Source: Desulfurococcales archaeon
Lineage (GTDB): Archaea; Thermoproteota; Thermoprotei_A; Sulfolobales; Desulfurococcaceae
DNA length: 64,000 nucleotides
Assembly: GCA_027022365.1 (NCBI GenBank)
Contig: JALVYU010000026.1
Location: 32,001 to 96,000, forward strand
Reading direction: 5' to 3'
Notes under the pieces: model-generated
What the model saw: only the letters and a program-made list of their open reading frames with translations
The model's database searches: none
Told to the model about the DNA's origin: nothing
Shown: positions 22,088 through 32,067 of the stretch, in pieces
Numbering within the stretch: position 1 is the first letter of the stretch
How the letters are laid out: every line of letters begins with the position of its first letter
Made by a program: the position numbers and the translations under genes

Positions 22088-22094
22088 TCTACAA

Positions 22095-22757
22095 ATGATT
22101 CCTACGCATACTAAACTACTTGTTTTTACCATCGTCCTGATATTATCTTCATTATCGCTAAGCACAATTAGTTATAGCTCGATCACATCTTATACTGGCA
22201 CGCTTTACTATATAGTACAATTAAGTATTAACTCAAACAACGGGTTTTCTATCCCAGTAGAATGTGTGATCAAGGCTAGTGTTGTTAGGGATGAAATAAG
22301 ATCCGTAGAGATCATTAATCTGAACTATCTCTCAACATTTAATCTACCACCCGACATCCTCAAGATAATAGAGTATAGCTTGAAATACTGGCTAGGAAAC
22401 ATTGAGTTATTCTACCACGTTAGATCCGGTACAGAGACCTACGTGAGTATTGAGGGCAAAATTGTTAGGGCATACGTTATCACTCTAGGTAGGACAATAC
22501 AGTATAGAGAAGCTAATACTGGGTTCTATCTGGGCGGAATAATTAATGATATACCCTATAGAGGCGCAACAGGGACATATAGAATAAGCCTCATATCATA
22601 CTTGTATAAACTTAGTCCAGATATTATATTGAAGCAATTCGCCGTTATAAAGCCACCACGTGAACAGGTAATAGTATTCGGAACAATAATATTGCTGATA
22701 ATTATCGGAGGAGTAATACACACGTTTTATCGTTGGAAAGATTATAGATTAACATAA
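22095..22757 (+). CDS. signal-peptide and C-terminal TM anchored protein
   Basis: Hydrophobic N- and C-termini. Confidence 0.6.
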   Translation: MIPTHTKLLVFTIVLILSSLSLSTISYSSITSYTGTLYYIVQLSINSNNGFSIPVECVIKASVVRDEIRSVEIINLNYLSTFNLPPDILKIIEYSLKYWLGNIELFYHVRSGTETYVSIEGKIVRAYVITLGRTIQYREANTGFYLGGIINDIPYRGATGTYRISLISYLYKLSPDIILKQFAVIKPPREQVIVFGTIILLIIIGGVIHTFYRWKDYRLT

Positions 22758-22760
22758 AAT

Positions 22761-22825
22761 AATCAGAACGGCTCTTCTTCATCATCCTTCTATCAGTTCA
22801 GTTTCGCAGGCGTTCCTCATCAAGT
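22761..22825 (-). ncRNA. C/D-box guide sRNA
   Basis: Minus strand TTGATGA (C) ... CTGA (D') ... ATGATGA (C') AGAAGAGCCGTT CTGA (D), in an intergenic gap. Confidence 0.75.
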
Positions 22826-22853
22826 TAATAGCATTATGTGTTGAGGATAATCA

Positions 22854-24008
22854 TTATTTCTTCGATAACATATAATACACAAGCCTAGTATAGGCTGATA
22901 TTTCTTTGTGGAAACGAGTTCTGTCGAAGAATAATGAGCGTTTATGCCCATTCTGGCTAAGGGTTAACCATATATCATGGTTCATTATTACTTGTTTTAT
23001 CTTATACTTAAGATCTCGTGGTCCTTTATAGGGGAGACCTATGTTTATGTTTTTGGATAATATATCGGTCCAAGAACCACTGTTTATAGGTACGATAACC
23101 GGCGTGCCCGCAGCCATTGCCTCCACTATGCTTATTCCGAAATGTTCTCTCTCGGTGGGATGAACATATAGCATCGCCTTCCTATATAATTCTATAAGTT
23201 CTTCTCTCGAAGGATTTACGCGAATATCTAGGTAGTCCTCGACACCATATTTATCAGCGTATTCCATGAGTCTCTTCATCACTATTTTACTATACTTGCC
23301 TATGGCGCCTGCGAGTACAACCCTGTAACGGGTGAGGCCTAGTTGTTTCAGTATTTTTGCGACGAGAATAGCCTTTTCGGGCTGTTTTTCATATGATATC
23401 CTTGACACCATTAATACATAGGTATCCCTCTCCTCTCTCGGTAGAGGATTGTTTTTGAGCCCATTGAGATTAACGGGGGGATAGACTATGACTGGTCTTC
23501 TAAAGAGCATCTTTTCAACGAGCATTGCTGTGAAGCTGGAGTTAGCAAGTATTAGCTTTACTCTTTTAAGGCTGATCGGGGTGACCAACCTGTTAAAGAA
23601 TGAGTAGATATAGCCGCTTATCTTCAAAAGACCGCGTATCCCAGAGTAATAGATATCTGTTCTCAAACTGCTGGGAAAGTGAAAATAAATAATATCGGCT
23701 AGGCCGCTCAGCACATCACCACTGGTGTTGAATATTATGTCGGGATCACTGCAGTCTCCCAGACCAAACCTGAGATCCTCCAGGTGTATTCCATAGAATT
23801 TTGCCAGCCGTACAAGCTTATGTGGCGTATCGAGGGTCAAGCCGTGGAGATATACTCTAAAACCGTTCTTAGATAGAGCGATAGCGGTTTCGAGAGCCGT
23901 ATATTCCGCACCACCCATACCCATTAGCATGTATCCCGTCATATGGTGTCTAACGAGCACAAGTGGTTTTGATCGCAAGACCATGCACCGCTCATTCAAA
24001 TATGTCAT
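22854..24008 (-). CDS. GT4 glycosyltransferase (Alg11-like)
   Basis: GGAE, ANSSFT, SRISYEK, EHFGISIVEAMAAG. Confidence 0.85.
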   Translation of the reverse strand: MTYLNERCMVLRSKPLVLVRHHMTGYMLMGMGGAEYTALETAIALSKNGFRVYLHGLTLDTPHKLVRLAKFYGIHLEDLRFGLGDCSDPDIIFNTSGDVLSGLADIIYFHFPSSLRTDIYYSGIRGLLKISGYIYSFFNRLVTPISLKRVKLILANSSFTAMLVEKMLFRRPVIVYPPVNLNGLKNNPLPREERDTYVLMVSRISYEKQPEKAILVAKILKQLGLTRYRVVLAGAIGKYSKIVMKRLMEYADKYGVEDYLDIRVNPSREELIELYRKAMLYVHPTEREHFGISIVEAMAAGTPVIVPINSGSWTDILSKNINIGLPYKGPRDLKYKIKQVIMNHDIWLTLSQNGHKRSLFFDRTRFHKEISAYTRLVYYMLSKK

Positions 24009-25047
24009 CGATTACTTTTGGGCCCGGAAGCACGAGTGCTCTAAATCCTCTGGCTTTCAGCTCTGCGGCAAGCTTATACGGTTCTCCCTGACGACCAGCC
24101 TCGACAACAACCAGTTTCGGTCTTGCTCGCTCTACATACTCTACAAGCTCATCGAAATCTGCGTGATCACTTAGGGCTACCAGCCAGCTGTAGGGATCAA
24201 GTCTCTTAATCGGATCGTTAAACTCCCATCCACTCAATATTACGTAGTAGTAGTCACCATTTAGTTTCCTGTACTTCGCCCTCGACATATGTTGAAACAT
24301 GATATATCTACCGCTACTCTTGATCATATATCCCTTATTAGTTCTTAAACTATAGTATTCACCTATATCATAACCGTGTTTCTCAGCGATCCTCGTTACC
24401 CTATAGATTCTCTCAGGCATGAGGAAAGGCTCATTAACCCCATATTTTCTCAGTATTCTCATAGCCTCCTGCAATTTGCCGTGGTACCCGTATATTATGA
24501 CTGGCCCCTTGCGCAGCAGATCTGAGACCTGATCAACGAATAATTCCTCAATATCGTCCTTGAAAGGGCGACGATATTTTGGATCACCATATGTTGACTC
24601 AATAACAAGTACGTCGAGACCTCGCATTATCTCTGTTTCACCGCCAAGCTTAAAGTCTCCTGTATATCCTATCTTGTAGCCATCAACCTCAACAAGAACC
24701 TGACAGGCACCAATAATGTGTCTAGCGGGAATGAGTTTTATCTTCTCGTCCATGAACTCGACTTCTTTGTTATAGGGTAGAGGGACAACTTTGTTTTTGA
24801 AGATACTTCTATATTTTCCACGGACATATCCTAGCTCTAATAACAGATCAACTGTTGCTTGTGTGGCTATAATTGCCGATGAATGAACAATACTCTCGTT
24901 CAGCCCCACGACGTGGTCGTAATGAGCGTGTGTTATAACACGAACTAATCTCTTCCCAAACCCGTCGACCTCATATATTCTCCCAAGGAGAACAGCGCCT
25001 GTATCAAGTACGTTGACATATTTCAGCAGAGCTGCTAGCTGCGCCAC
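23992..25047 (-). CDS. metallo-beta-lactamase/beta-CASP nuclease
   Basis: THAHYDH, H, YTGD, ESTYG, SDHAD. Confidence 0.85.
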   Translation of the reverse strand: MAQLAALLKYVNVLDTGAVLLGRIYEVDGFGKRLVRVITHAHYDHVVGLNESIVHSSAIIATQATVDLLLELGYVRGKYRSIFKNKVVPLPYNKEVEFMDEKIKLIPARHIIGACQVLVEVDGYKIGYTGDFKLGGETEIMRGLDVLVIESTYGDPKYRRPFKDDIEELFVDQVSDLLRKGPVIIYGYHGKLQEAMRILRKYGVNEPFLMPERIYRVTRIAEKHGYDIGEYYSLRTNKGYMIKSSGRYIMFQHMSRAKYRKLNGDYYYVILSGWEFNDPIKRLDPYSWLVALSDHADFDELVEYVERARPKLVVVEAGRQGEPYKLAAELKARGFRALVLPGPKVIDDIFE

Positions 25048-25090
25048 TTCTATGACACCAAATCAGCCTCTAGGCCAGAAGATATAGTTG

Positions 25091-25804
25091 TTAGCCGATA
25101 AGACTCTTATCCACGGGTCTCCATCTCTGCTGGCTCGAGTCATAATATATTAGCCCGCTCCTCTTCAGCCTCTGAAATATCTCGTAGCCTATTGGGTCCA
25201 GAATCTTTTTGATCTCATCATCGATATTGGTACTTATCTCTTCGAATATCCTACGTTTTAGTTCAACCCAGTACTCCCTGTCTATAGCGACCCTCTCACC
25301 ATCGAGTACGATGACCTTTGCTCCTTCTCTTTCTAGATATTTGAAGAAACTATCCCTGTTCTTTAGCCCACGAAGACTGCTTTCAAACAATACTTTTTCT
25401 TCTCTGAGCCTTTCAATTCCTGATTTTCTCTGTCTCTTCGAAGGCTGTCTAGTGGGTTGATAGTACTGGTATCTCGCTGTTTGTTTGGATAACTTTGATT
25501 GTAACTCATTTATCCTGGTTTCGAGATTCTCGATTCTCTCGATCAATTCCGCATATTTTCTCTTCAGATCCTCTATGACAGAGACATACTGATTAATAAC
25601 ATCCTGCGTTATCCTAGCAACCATTGATTTTAGCTTAGCCCTATCTATTCCTTGTTGGACAGGTCTTCCTAGAGTCGAAAGCACTAGATCCCTTACATAC
25701 GAAGATAATAGTTCATATCCTTCCTCGGCGGCCTTCTCCTTCAAAGCCTCGTAGGTCTCCTCGTCAATCGTGAAAGCAACTATTCTCCTTTTCTTGGAAG
25801 ACGT
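25091..25804 (-). CDS. RHH (CopG-like) + coiled-coil + wHTH protein, apparent non-canonical start
   Basis: Frame stays open upstream of TTG 25744 (KRRIVAFTIDEETYEAL = RHH strand/helix); only ACG/ATT follows the GGTGG RBS. Confidence 0.65.
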   Translation of the reverse strand, partial: TSSKKRRIVAFTIDEETYEALKEKAAEEGYELLSSYVRDLVLSTLGRPVQQGIDRAKLKSMVARITQDVINQYVSVIEDLKRKYAELIERIENLETRINELQSKLSKQTARYQYYQPTRQPSKRQRKSGIERLREEKVLFESSLRGLKNRDSFFKYLEREGAKVIVLDGERVAIDREYWVELKRRIFEEISTNIDDEIKKILDPIGYEIFQRLKRSGLIYYDSSQQRWRPVDKSLIG

Positions 25805-25940
25805 AATACCACCCTCCTCTATGAATAAATCATATAGCCAACTATATTTGATAGTTTGGCAGGAGAAACAATATCAATGATAAGGTCCCTACCCGTTTAG
25901 CCGCTATAGGTTCCTCCATAAAGACTGGGGTGACACTGCT

Positions 25941-26789
25941 ATGCTATATAGTGATGCTCATCTTCATTCTAACCCTATATCCGGGCTTGGTGCTGAAAAA
26001 ATCGGGAAGAAAATGAGGGAAACTGGTGCATGGTTTGCATGCCTAGTTAGCCTCCCACCATACCATTATGGGTTTGGATTATCGGTAGACGATTACAGGA
26101 GATCAATAGATATGCTGGTGGGCGAGGCGAAGAAGCTTAGGGAGGCGGGGCTTAAGGTAAGAGTTCTTGCCGGGTTTCATCCGGCTGAGATAGATGAGCA
26201 TATGCGGCATGGACGTAGCCCGGAGGAGATCATAGATCTCGCGGAAAAGGTCTTCAAAATAATAGTTGAAAAGTTCAAAGAAGGAATCATCGATGGTATC
26301 GGTGAGGTTGGAAGACAGCATTACAGCACTGCTCCCAGTAGGATCGTCTTGTCGGAGCTCATAATGATCAGGGCTTTCGAGATAGCAAGAGACCATGGCA
26401 TGATCGTGCATCTTCATCTCGAACAAGGAGGATACACAACTGTTAAATCCATAGAAAGACTCGTTGATTTCATAGGGCTAAGGGAAGACACTGTTTTTCT
26501 ACATCACGTGACCTATAACGAGGCGGTGTACGCAGAGAAAACAAATATGAACTACACTGTTCCTGCAAAGTATAGATCACTCAAAAAAGTCTTCGGCTCA
26601 AACCTATCAAGGCTCCTGATAGAGTCGGACTTCATAGATGACCCTAAGAGACCCGGCGTATCATCTTATCCGTGGGATATACCTAGGAGGGTGGCCAAGC
26701 TGATCGAAGAAGGAATAATTGATGAAGAACAAGCAAACAAGGTTTTCATCGATAATACTGTGAAAGCCTATCGGGTCGAGCCTCCCTAA
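25941..26789 (+). CDS. TatD-family hydrolase
   Basis: DAHLH, GFHP, GEVG, HLH, ESD. Confidence 0.85.
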   Translation: MLYSDAHLHSNPISGLGAEKIGKKMRETGAWFACLVSLPPYHYGFGLSVDDYRRSIDMLVGEAKKLREAGLKVRVLAGFHPAEIDEHMRHGRSPEEIIDLAEKVFKIIVEKFKEGIIDGIGEVGRQHYSTAPSRIVLSELIMIRAFEIARDHGMIVHLHLEQGGYTTVKSIERLVDFIGLREDTVFLHHVTYNEAVYAEKTNMNYTVPAKYRSLKKVFGSNLSRLLIESDFIDDPKRPGVSSYPWDIPRRVAKLIEEGIIDEEQANKVFIDNTVKAYRVEPP

Positions 26790-27006
26790 GTAATCCGCTA
26801 AAAACAACTCCCTGATCGACATATTTTCTCTCCCGTCTCGCCAATATATGAACGTATGTCCTTAATTTTTCGTCACAGATGCTTCTTAAGGATCGGAATA
26901 TTTTATCTAGTTCCTGTATATTATCGACATCGACTATTATATCAGCACATTTCACGACTTTTATACGAAAAAACATATGGCTCACCAACACCGTTTGAGT
27001 AGCCAA
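26746..27006 (-). CDS. hypothetical protein
   Basis: 86-aa ORF filling gap; start uncertain. Confidence 0.4.
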   Translation of the reverse strand: MATQTVLVSHMFFRIKVVKCADIIVDVDNIQELDKIFRSLRSICDEKLRTYVHILARRERKYVDQGVVFSGLLREARPDRLSQYYR

Positions 27007-27022
27007 AATAAATTATGCATTA

Positions 27023-27340
27023 TTGGTTATACGTTATTTTGCCGGGTGCAGAACATTGGAAGCATCTAGCGACGTATGTGACATATGTGGCGAGCCTGGG
27101 GCACACCATGTTTGTAGGAGATGTGGAAGAAGAGTCTGTGATTTAGACTATGATGAAAATACGGGTTTGTGCAGAATATGTCTCGAAACTAATTGCGAGA
27201 TATGCGGTAAATACCCGGCAATCGGATACTGTATGGTTTGTGGTAGAGTAGGGTGTGAAGATTGCCTAGTCCAAATATCCACAGTTGCTTACGTCTGCAA
27301 AGAATGTATTAGGAAGGGGATGTACAGTCTTGATAAATGA
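27023..27340 (+). CDS. multi-CxxC zinc-finger protein
   Basis: Many CxxC pairs in two repeats. Confidence 0.75.
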   Translation: MVIRYFAGCRTLEASSDVCDICGEPGAHHVCRRCGRRVCDLDYDENTGLCRICLETNCEICGKYPAIGYCMVCGRVGCEDCLVQISTVAYVCKECIRKGMYSLDK

Positions 27341-28361
27341 TAAAAACTACTTATCAGAGGGTAAGCTTCCCTGGAGATTATTATCCGAGCTACTCGAACT
27401 CCTTCCCTCAGAGGACGTGGATCTAGTTATGGGGCCCCGCATCGGAGAAGATGCAGCAGTAATAAGGCTTAAAGATGGTTTTCTTGTAGCACACGCTGAC
27501 CCTATCACCACAGCTACAGCTATGATTGGCTGGCTTGCCGTACATGTCTCGGCAAATGATATCGCTGTCAGGGGTGTAAAGCCTAGATGGTTCATTCCCG
27601 TCGTTATGATCCCTGCTAAAACAAGTATTGAAACAATGAAGAAGATATTCATGGATATGGCCGAGGCTCTCAGAAGCATAGGGGGAATTGTTATAGGTGG
27701 ACATACAGAAGTTTCACCCGATCTTTCACACCCAATCATATCGATGACTGCAATAGGTTATACGCGGGGCAGAGTTATTTTTACAAGAGATGCTGAGCCT
27801 GGCGATAGGGTTATTGCCATAGGTCCCATAGGAGGTGAGGGAGCAGCCGTCATTGCAACTGATTTTGAAAAGGTTCTCATTGATAGAGGCGTCGAACCAG
27901 GTATCATCGTAGAGGCAAGAAAATATATCAAGGAGATAAGCGTAGTTGATAAAGCTTTGAGAATAAAAGACTATGTCAGCGCTATGCATGACCCGACAGA
28001 AGGCGGTGTTCTCCAGGCTTTAAGAGAAATAGCATTGGCGAGTGGGAACGACATAATTGTTGATAAGCGTAAATTCCCTATCGACAGCACGGTGAAGAAA
28101 ATCACAGATGCGCTAGGTCTTGACCCATTGAAACTATTAAGCAGTGGCGCTTTGATCGCTACTGTTCCTCCGAGATACTTGGAAAAAATAGAGAGCATCC
28201 TACAAGATCTAGGCGAGAAGTACAGTGTTGTCGGCGAAGTCGTTGAGGGTAAAGGAAGGCTGCTACTTGTAGACGATGAGGGAGAAACACTCATTGACAA
28301 TGACATCGTTGACGAGATATACATGGTCTGGAAAAACAATTTATTCCAACAACAACTCTAA
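27285..28361 (+). CDS. AIR synthase (PurM/HypE/ThiL)-family protein
   Basis: GEDAA, DPIT, ANDIA, GGHTE, MHDPTEGG; true start probably near 27330. Confidence 0.85.
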   Translation: MLTSAKNVLGRGCTVLINDKNYLSEGKLPWRLLSELLELLPSEDVDLVMGPRIGEDAAVIRLKDGFLVAHADPITTATAMIGWLAVHVSANDIAVRGVKPRWFIPVVMIPAKTSIETMKKIFMDMAEALRSIGGIVIGGHTEVSPDLSHPIISMTAIGYTRGRVIFTRDAEPGDRVIAIGPIGGEGAAVIATDFEKVLIDRGVEPGIIVEARKYIKEISVVDKALRIKDYVSAMHDPTEGGVLQALREIALASGNDIIVDKRKFPIDSTVKKITDALGLDPLKLLSSGALIATVPPRYLEKIESILQDLGEKYSVVGEVVEGKGRLLLVDDEGETLIDNDIVDEIYMVWKNNLFQQQL

Positions 28362-28379
28362 TCTTTATGGAAACATAAG

Positions 28380-28913
28380 GTGATCGTCGTGTCCAGGAAA
28401 GATTTACTAATAGAGGCAAAGAACGTGGCTGACTTATTGGCGAAAAGAGTAGATGATCGAGTATTATCAAAAGCAGCTCAACTGAAACCATCAATAATAA
28501 GTATTGCTCAAAGAATCTATGACCTAACAACATATCTATCGGCAATATTCAATAGTCTTGCGGAAAAGCTCGGAGGAGAAGAGCGCCCTGTAACGTCAAT
28601 AGGGCCCCATCTATACCTAGTGCTCACGGATGATAAGGTAGTTCTCATTAGGAGCAGGCCATACAGTATTGTTGTATCTTATGATAAGGGTAGGGACGAG
28701 ATAACGGTCAAAACTAGAAACGGCTATGCGGTATTCTCTCCGGGAAGAGTAGTGTTACAGAAACTGAACATGAAGATAGAATTCGATCCTACAGACGTTA
28801 TCGAGATAAGTAATAAGTATCCAGAGATAAAGTATCTGCTACGATTTATTGGCAAAACAATAGAGTTCACACTAGTACCTCTTCTAGAGAAGAGGATCGG
28901 TCTTAGCATCTAA
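28380..28913 (+). CDS. hypothetical protein
   Basis: 177-aa ORF with GGTGA RBS. Confidence 0.65.
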   Translation: MIVVSRKDLLIEAKNVADLLAKRVDDRVLSKAAQLKPSIISIAQRIYDLTTYLSAIFNSLAEKLGGEERPVTSIGPHLYLVLTDDKVVLIRSRPYSIVVSYDKGRDEITVKTRNGYAVFSPGRVVLQKLNMKIEFDPTDVIEISNKYPEIKYLLRFIGKTIEFTLVPLLEKRIGLSI

Positions 28914-29083
28914 GAAGACCATAATATAATCGAATTTTTACATGTTTAAAACTTATTTTCCATTATATTGTTTATGGAGAATCACGATGTTGTACAAAAA
29001 TCTATTTTATTTTTCAAAAACTAATCAGCTACGTCACTATTATCTGTTTCAATGTTTTCGTATTTAATGTAATTAAAATCTAT

Positions 29084-29734
29084 TTAGGGAGAAACCTCCC
29101 CAGCTTTTTCTTCTTCAGCGCCGACATTCAGTAGTTTCGGTAATTCTGCATACTTCTCCTTCATCTTCTGCTCCGCAACAACCTTTGCTTCTTCGAATAT
29201 CTTTCTCGCCTCGCTGTCTAAGCCTACATCGAACTGTGTGCTTATATCAGCTACTCCTGCACCTAGTGATGCTTCTAGTTCTCTCATAGCATATTGGAGG
29301 TCGATCCATATATCGGGCGCTACACTCCTTAGTACTCCTACGGCTTGTTTCATGACTGCGAGTACTGGCTTTAACTCGGTTATTGCTCCACCAAATATCA
29401 TAAAGGTCTCAAGTTTTATAGCAGCGTGTTCAAGTACATACTCTACCATTAGTAGTTGTTTAGATATCTTCCTTATCTCTGAGACTTCCTTCGCATACAT
29501 TTTAGCTCTAGCTTCATCCCTCTTCATGAGGGCCTCTACTACACGCTCGAAGAGCTCTCTGTCCTTCTGGCTGAGTCTATCAATGTAGCTCCTAACGCGG
29601 CCGATAGCCGTCTTTATCCTGTAGTGAGCCATTATAGCCTTCTTCTCTAGGGGCTCCTTATCGTTTTTGAAGAAGCTCTTTATCTTCTCCCCAACAGTTG
29701 GTTCACGCGTACCAAAGAGGTCGAATTGAGCCAT
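29084..29734 (-). CDS. cdvB: ESCRT-III/CdvB paralogue (CdvB1/B2-like, Snf7)
   Basis: DRELFERVV...RAKMYAKEVSEIRK, LE...KLET, EARKIFEEA. Confidence 0.8.
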   Translation of the reverse strand: MAQFDLFGTREPTVGEKIKSFFKNDKEPLEKKAIMAHYRIKTAIGRVRSYIDRLSQKDRELFERVVEALMKRDEARAKMYAKEVSEIRKISKQLLMVEYVLEHAAIKLETFMIFGGAITELKPVLAVMKQAVGVLRSVAPDIWIDLQYAMRELEASLGAGVADISTQFDVGLDSEARKIFEEAKVVAEQKMKEKYAELPKLLNVGAEEEKAGEVSP

Positions 29735-29863
29735 TACTATTCAGCCTCCAACGATGTATGTATCCGTTCCATAGATGGCAAGTCTTCTGCTTAAAAAAGA
29801 AAGGACTATTTGGCCTGATGACATACACATTTATATTTCCAACATTGACTGATAGAAAGACAG

Positions 29864-30244
29864 GTGATTATCATGACGACCGGTAGACAAATATTCATGA
29901 TAAAAAAGATAGTGAAACGATACGGTTTAATAGGCAAAGTAGCAGCACGATATGTCGCCGCAGGCTATGATGTAACAGTTAAACCTCCTATAAAAAGTGT
30001 CGACTTCATAGCATCAGGCCAAGGAAAGAGGTACGGGGGATTCATTGTTGCTGGGAAGACAAGCATAACCGCGGAAAAGATTGAGGAATTATCGAGGATT
30101 GCAAAATCTCATGGACTAGAGCCTTTAGTGATACTTTATGGACGGGGGGTAACAATTACTGCCGAAGCTCTGGAAAAAGCCAAAGAACTAGGTGTGAAAA
30201 TTAGAAGAGTAAGGCCTAGCAGACTGAGTATCAGGATTAAGTGA
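29864..30244 (+). CDS. restriction-endonuclease-fold (Mrr-like) small protein
   Basis: GYDV, VDFIA, T.EA.E.AK..GV pattern; catalytic E-x-K degenerate. Confidence 0.45.
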   Translation: MIIMTTGRQIFMIKKIVKRYGLIGKVAARYVAAGYDVTVKPPIKSVDFIASGQGKRYGGFIVAGKTSITAEKIEELSRIAKSHGLEPLVILYGRGVTITAEALEKAKELGVKIRRVRPSRLSIRIK

Positions 30245-30353
30245 TCAGGAAACACTATTTTAGCAATCTAAACACTACTTTAACGTTGTAAGAAGAATAA
30301 ACAAGAATATTTTATCAAATCTATCCACTATAGATCGGAAGAGATGACAACCA

Positions 30354-30650
30354 ATGAACAAAGAAATAATTGATCAATATATTATCTGTAGGGATAATTG
30401 CCCACTAAGATTCATTGAAGCGCTCGCTATGAATGGCTTCACAAAAGAAGCACGTGTTGAAAACTGCGATAAACCACACTATCAGAAAATCGTTGTAAGG
30501 TTAATTAATGATATGACAGTAGCTAGTGAATGTAGATTTGACGAAGAAGTAAGACAAAGCATGAAAATTATTGGTGTGTACATAGAACTGGCCCGAAAGA
30601 ATCGCGCGGCAGAACAGCTAGAAATTCTACGGAAACCAGCAATCGATTAA
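30354..30650 (+). CDS. hypothetical protein
   Basis: 98-aa ORF with four Cys. Confidence 0.6.
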   Translation: MNKEIIDQYIICRDNCPLRFIEALAMNGFTKEARVENCDKPHYQKIVVRLINDMTVASECRFDEEVRQSMKIIGVYIELARKNRAAEQLEILRKPAID

Positions 30651-30763
30651 TGCAACAATGTTTTATATCAATCTCTTAGAAATATCAATACATTAATTCT
30701 AGGGTTCCTAAGATAAAAACTTGAAGGTAAAGCTTGAAAACAATGAATAAAGAATACTAATTT

Positions 30764-30824
30764 TAGTGATGAATGGTATTACCGGCGACCAATTAAAGGG
30801 ATGAGCGGGCCCCATTTACTGAAT
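30764..30824 (+). ncRNA. C/D-box guide sRNA
   Basis: GTGATGA (C), guide TGGTATTACCG complementary to conserved 16S CGGTAATACCA, GCGA (D'), GGATGA (C'), CTGA (D). Confidence 0.8.
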
Positions 30825-30867
30825 AAAGTGTCCATAAAACATGCAATAATCAAGAAATTTTGTACTG

Positions 30868-32067
30868 GTGATTGGCCTGCGTACCCTTACTGCTGGTATG
30901 ATGTTCATTATTCTTGTAGCATTTTTACTCAATACGAGCCTAAATTATGCAGTTGGTCATGAATCTATAGCTATCCATGTAGAACTACTTGATGGTACAC
31001 CATTACCGAATGCAACTATATCGCTTATTCCCAGTAGTGATATTATGCATATCTACACAAACACTACCAATGCATCTGGTGTCTCAGTCTTCAATATACC
31101 GTCACCATTATCGGGTAACCTCAAGATCCATTTAACGATAGAATATAATGTATATGGGATCATCTATGACGGCGAGAAGACTATCGATACTATAACGCAA
31201 AGTAAACATATCATCAATATCATCCTCCCATACACAGTACTTAGCAAGGAAATAAGAATTACTGATGAGTACGGTGAAAACGTATCTGGCCATATAGCTC
31301 TATTATTTAATCATGTACGATTACTTAACGTAAACTTCAGTAATGGCGTAGCATTGATAAGTGGTAGAATGGGTAAACATGTACTCTTATGGTCGAACAA
31401 TACATTGTTTCAGAAAAGATATATGTTATATGTTACTGTCGGCAATACCTCAACAGGCTTTGAAGGAATACCCAGCAATATACATATCGATATAAGGCCT
31501 CCGAGAATTAAGGTGCTAGGAACCACGGGGAGATATTATCCTTCGCTCGGGATAATCCATGTGGAGCTTAAGCTGATTATCAGGGATGGGGTGACAACGT
31601 CTAAGGATACGGTTAAGGCAATAGTATTGTTGAAGCATTGTAGCATGGATGAATGCATATTTAAACCGGGAATCAAAACCTCGTTGGGTGGTCATTATTA
31701 TTCACAGTATATGAACGTCACCATATGGTACAATATTCAGCAAGCATACTTCGCAGGGGAAAAAGTGGCTAACATTAGCTTTATAGTATCAGTAGAGGAT
31801 CCGGGTAATCACTGTGTAGACATCGTTAGACATATTGTTGTACCTTTAAATATGGCTACGTCATCAAATACTTTAAGCTCAGCGAGTCCCCCAATGAGCA
31901 TTCAGAATGGCTCGGCTACTATCATAAGAACAATTAGTGGAGAAAAAGGAACTATAGCTAGTAATGCCAATCTTCTAAACTGGATTATCAGGAACACAGG
32001 TATTATCGTGTCAGTAATGATTGCATTTATTATTCTTATACTTGAAGCTCGCTATCATAGAGAATGA
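30868..32067 (+). CDS. secreted, C-terminally anchored surface glycoprotein
   Basis: Signal peptide, DGTPLPNATI/TNASG prealbumin-like start, many N-x-S/T sequons, C-terminal TM. Confidence 0.7.
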   Translation: MIGLRTLTAGMMFIILVAFLLNTSLNYAVGHESIAIHVELLDGTPLPNATISLIPSSDIMHIYTNTTNASGVSVFNIPSPLSGNLKIHLTIEYNVYGIIYDGEKTIDTITQSKHIINIILPYTVLSKEIRITDEYGENVSGHIALLFNHVRLLNVNFSNGVALISGRMGKHVLLWSNNTLFQKRYMLYVTVGNTSTGFEGIPSNIHIDIRPPRIKVLGTTGRYYPSLGIIHVELKLIIRDGVTTSKDTVKAIVLLKHCSMDECIFKPGIKTSLGGHYYSQYMNVTIWYNIQQAYFAGEKVANISFIVSVEDPGNHCVDIVRHIVVPLNMATSSNTLSSASPPMSIQNGSATIIRTISGEKGTIASNANLLNWIIRNTGIIVSVMIAFIILILEARYHRE

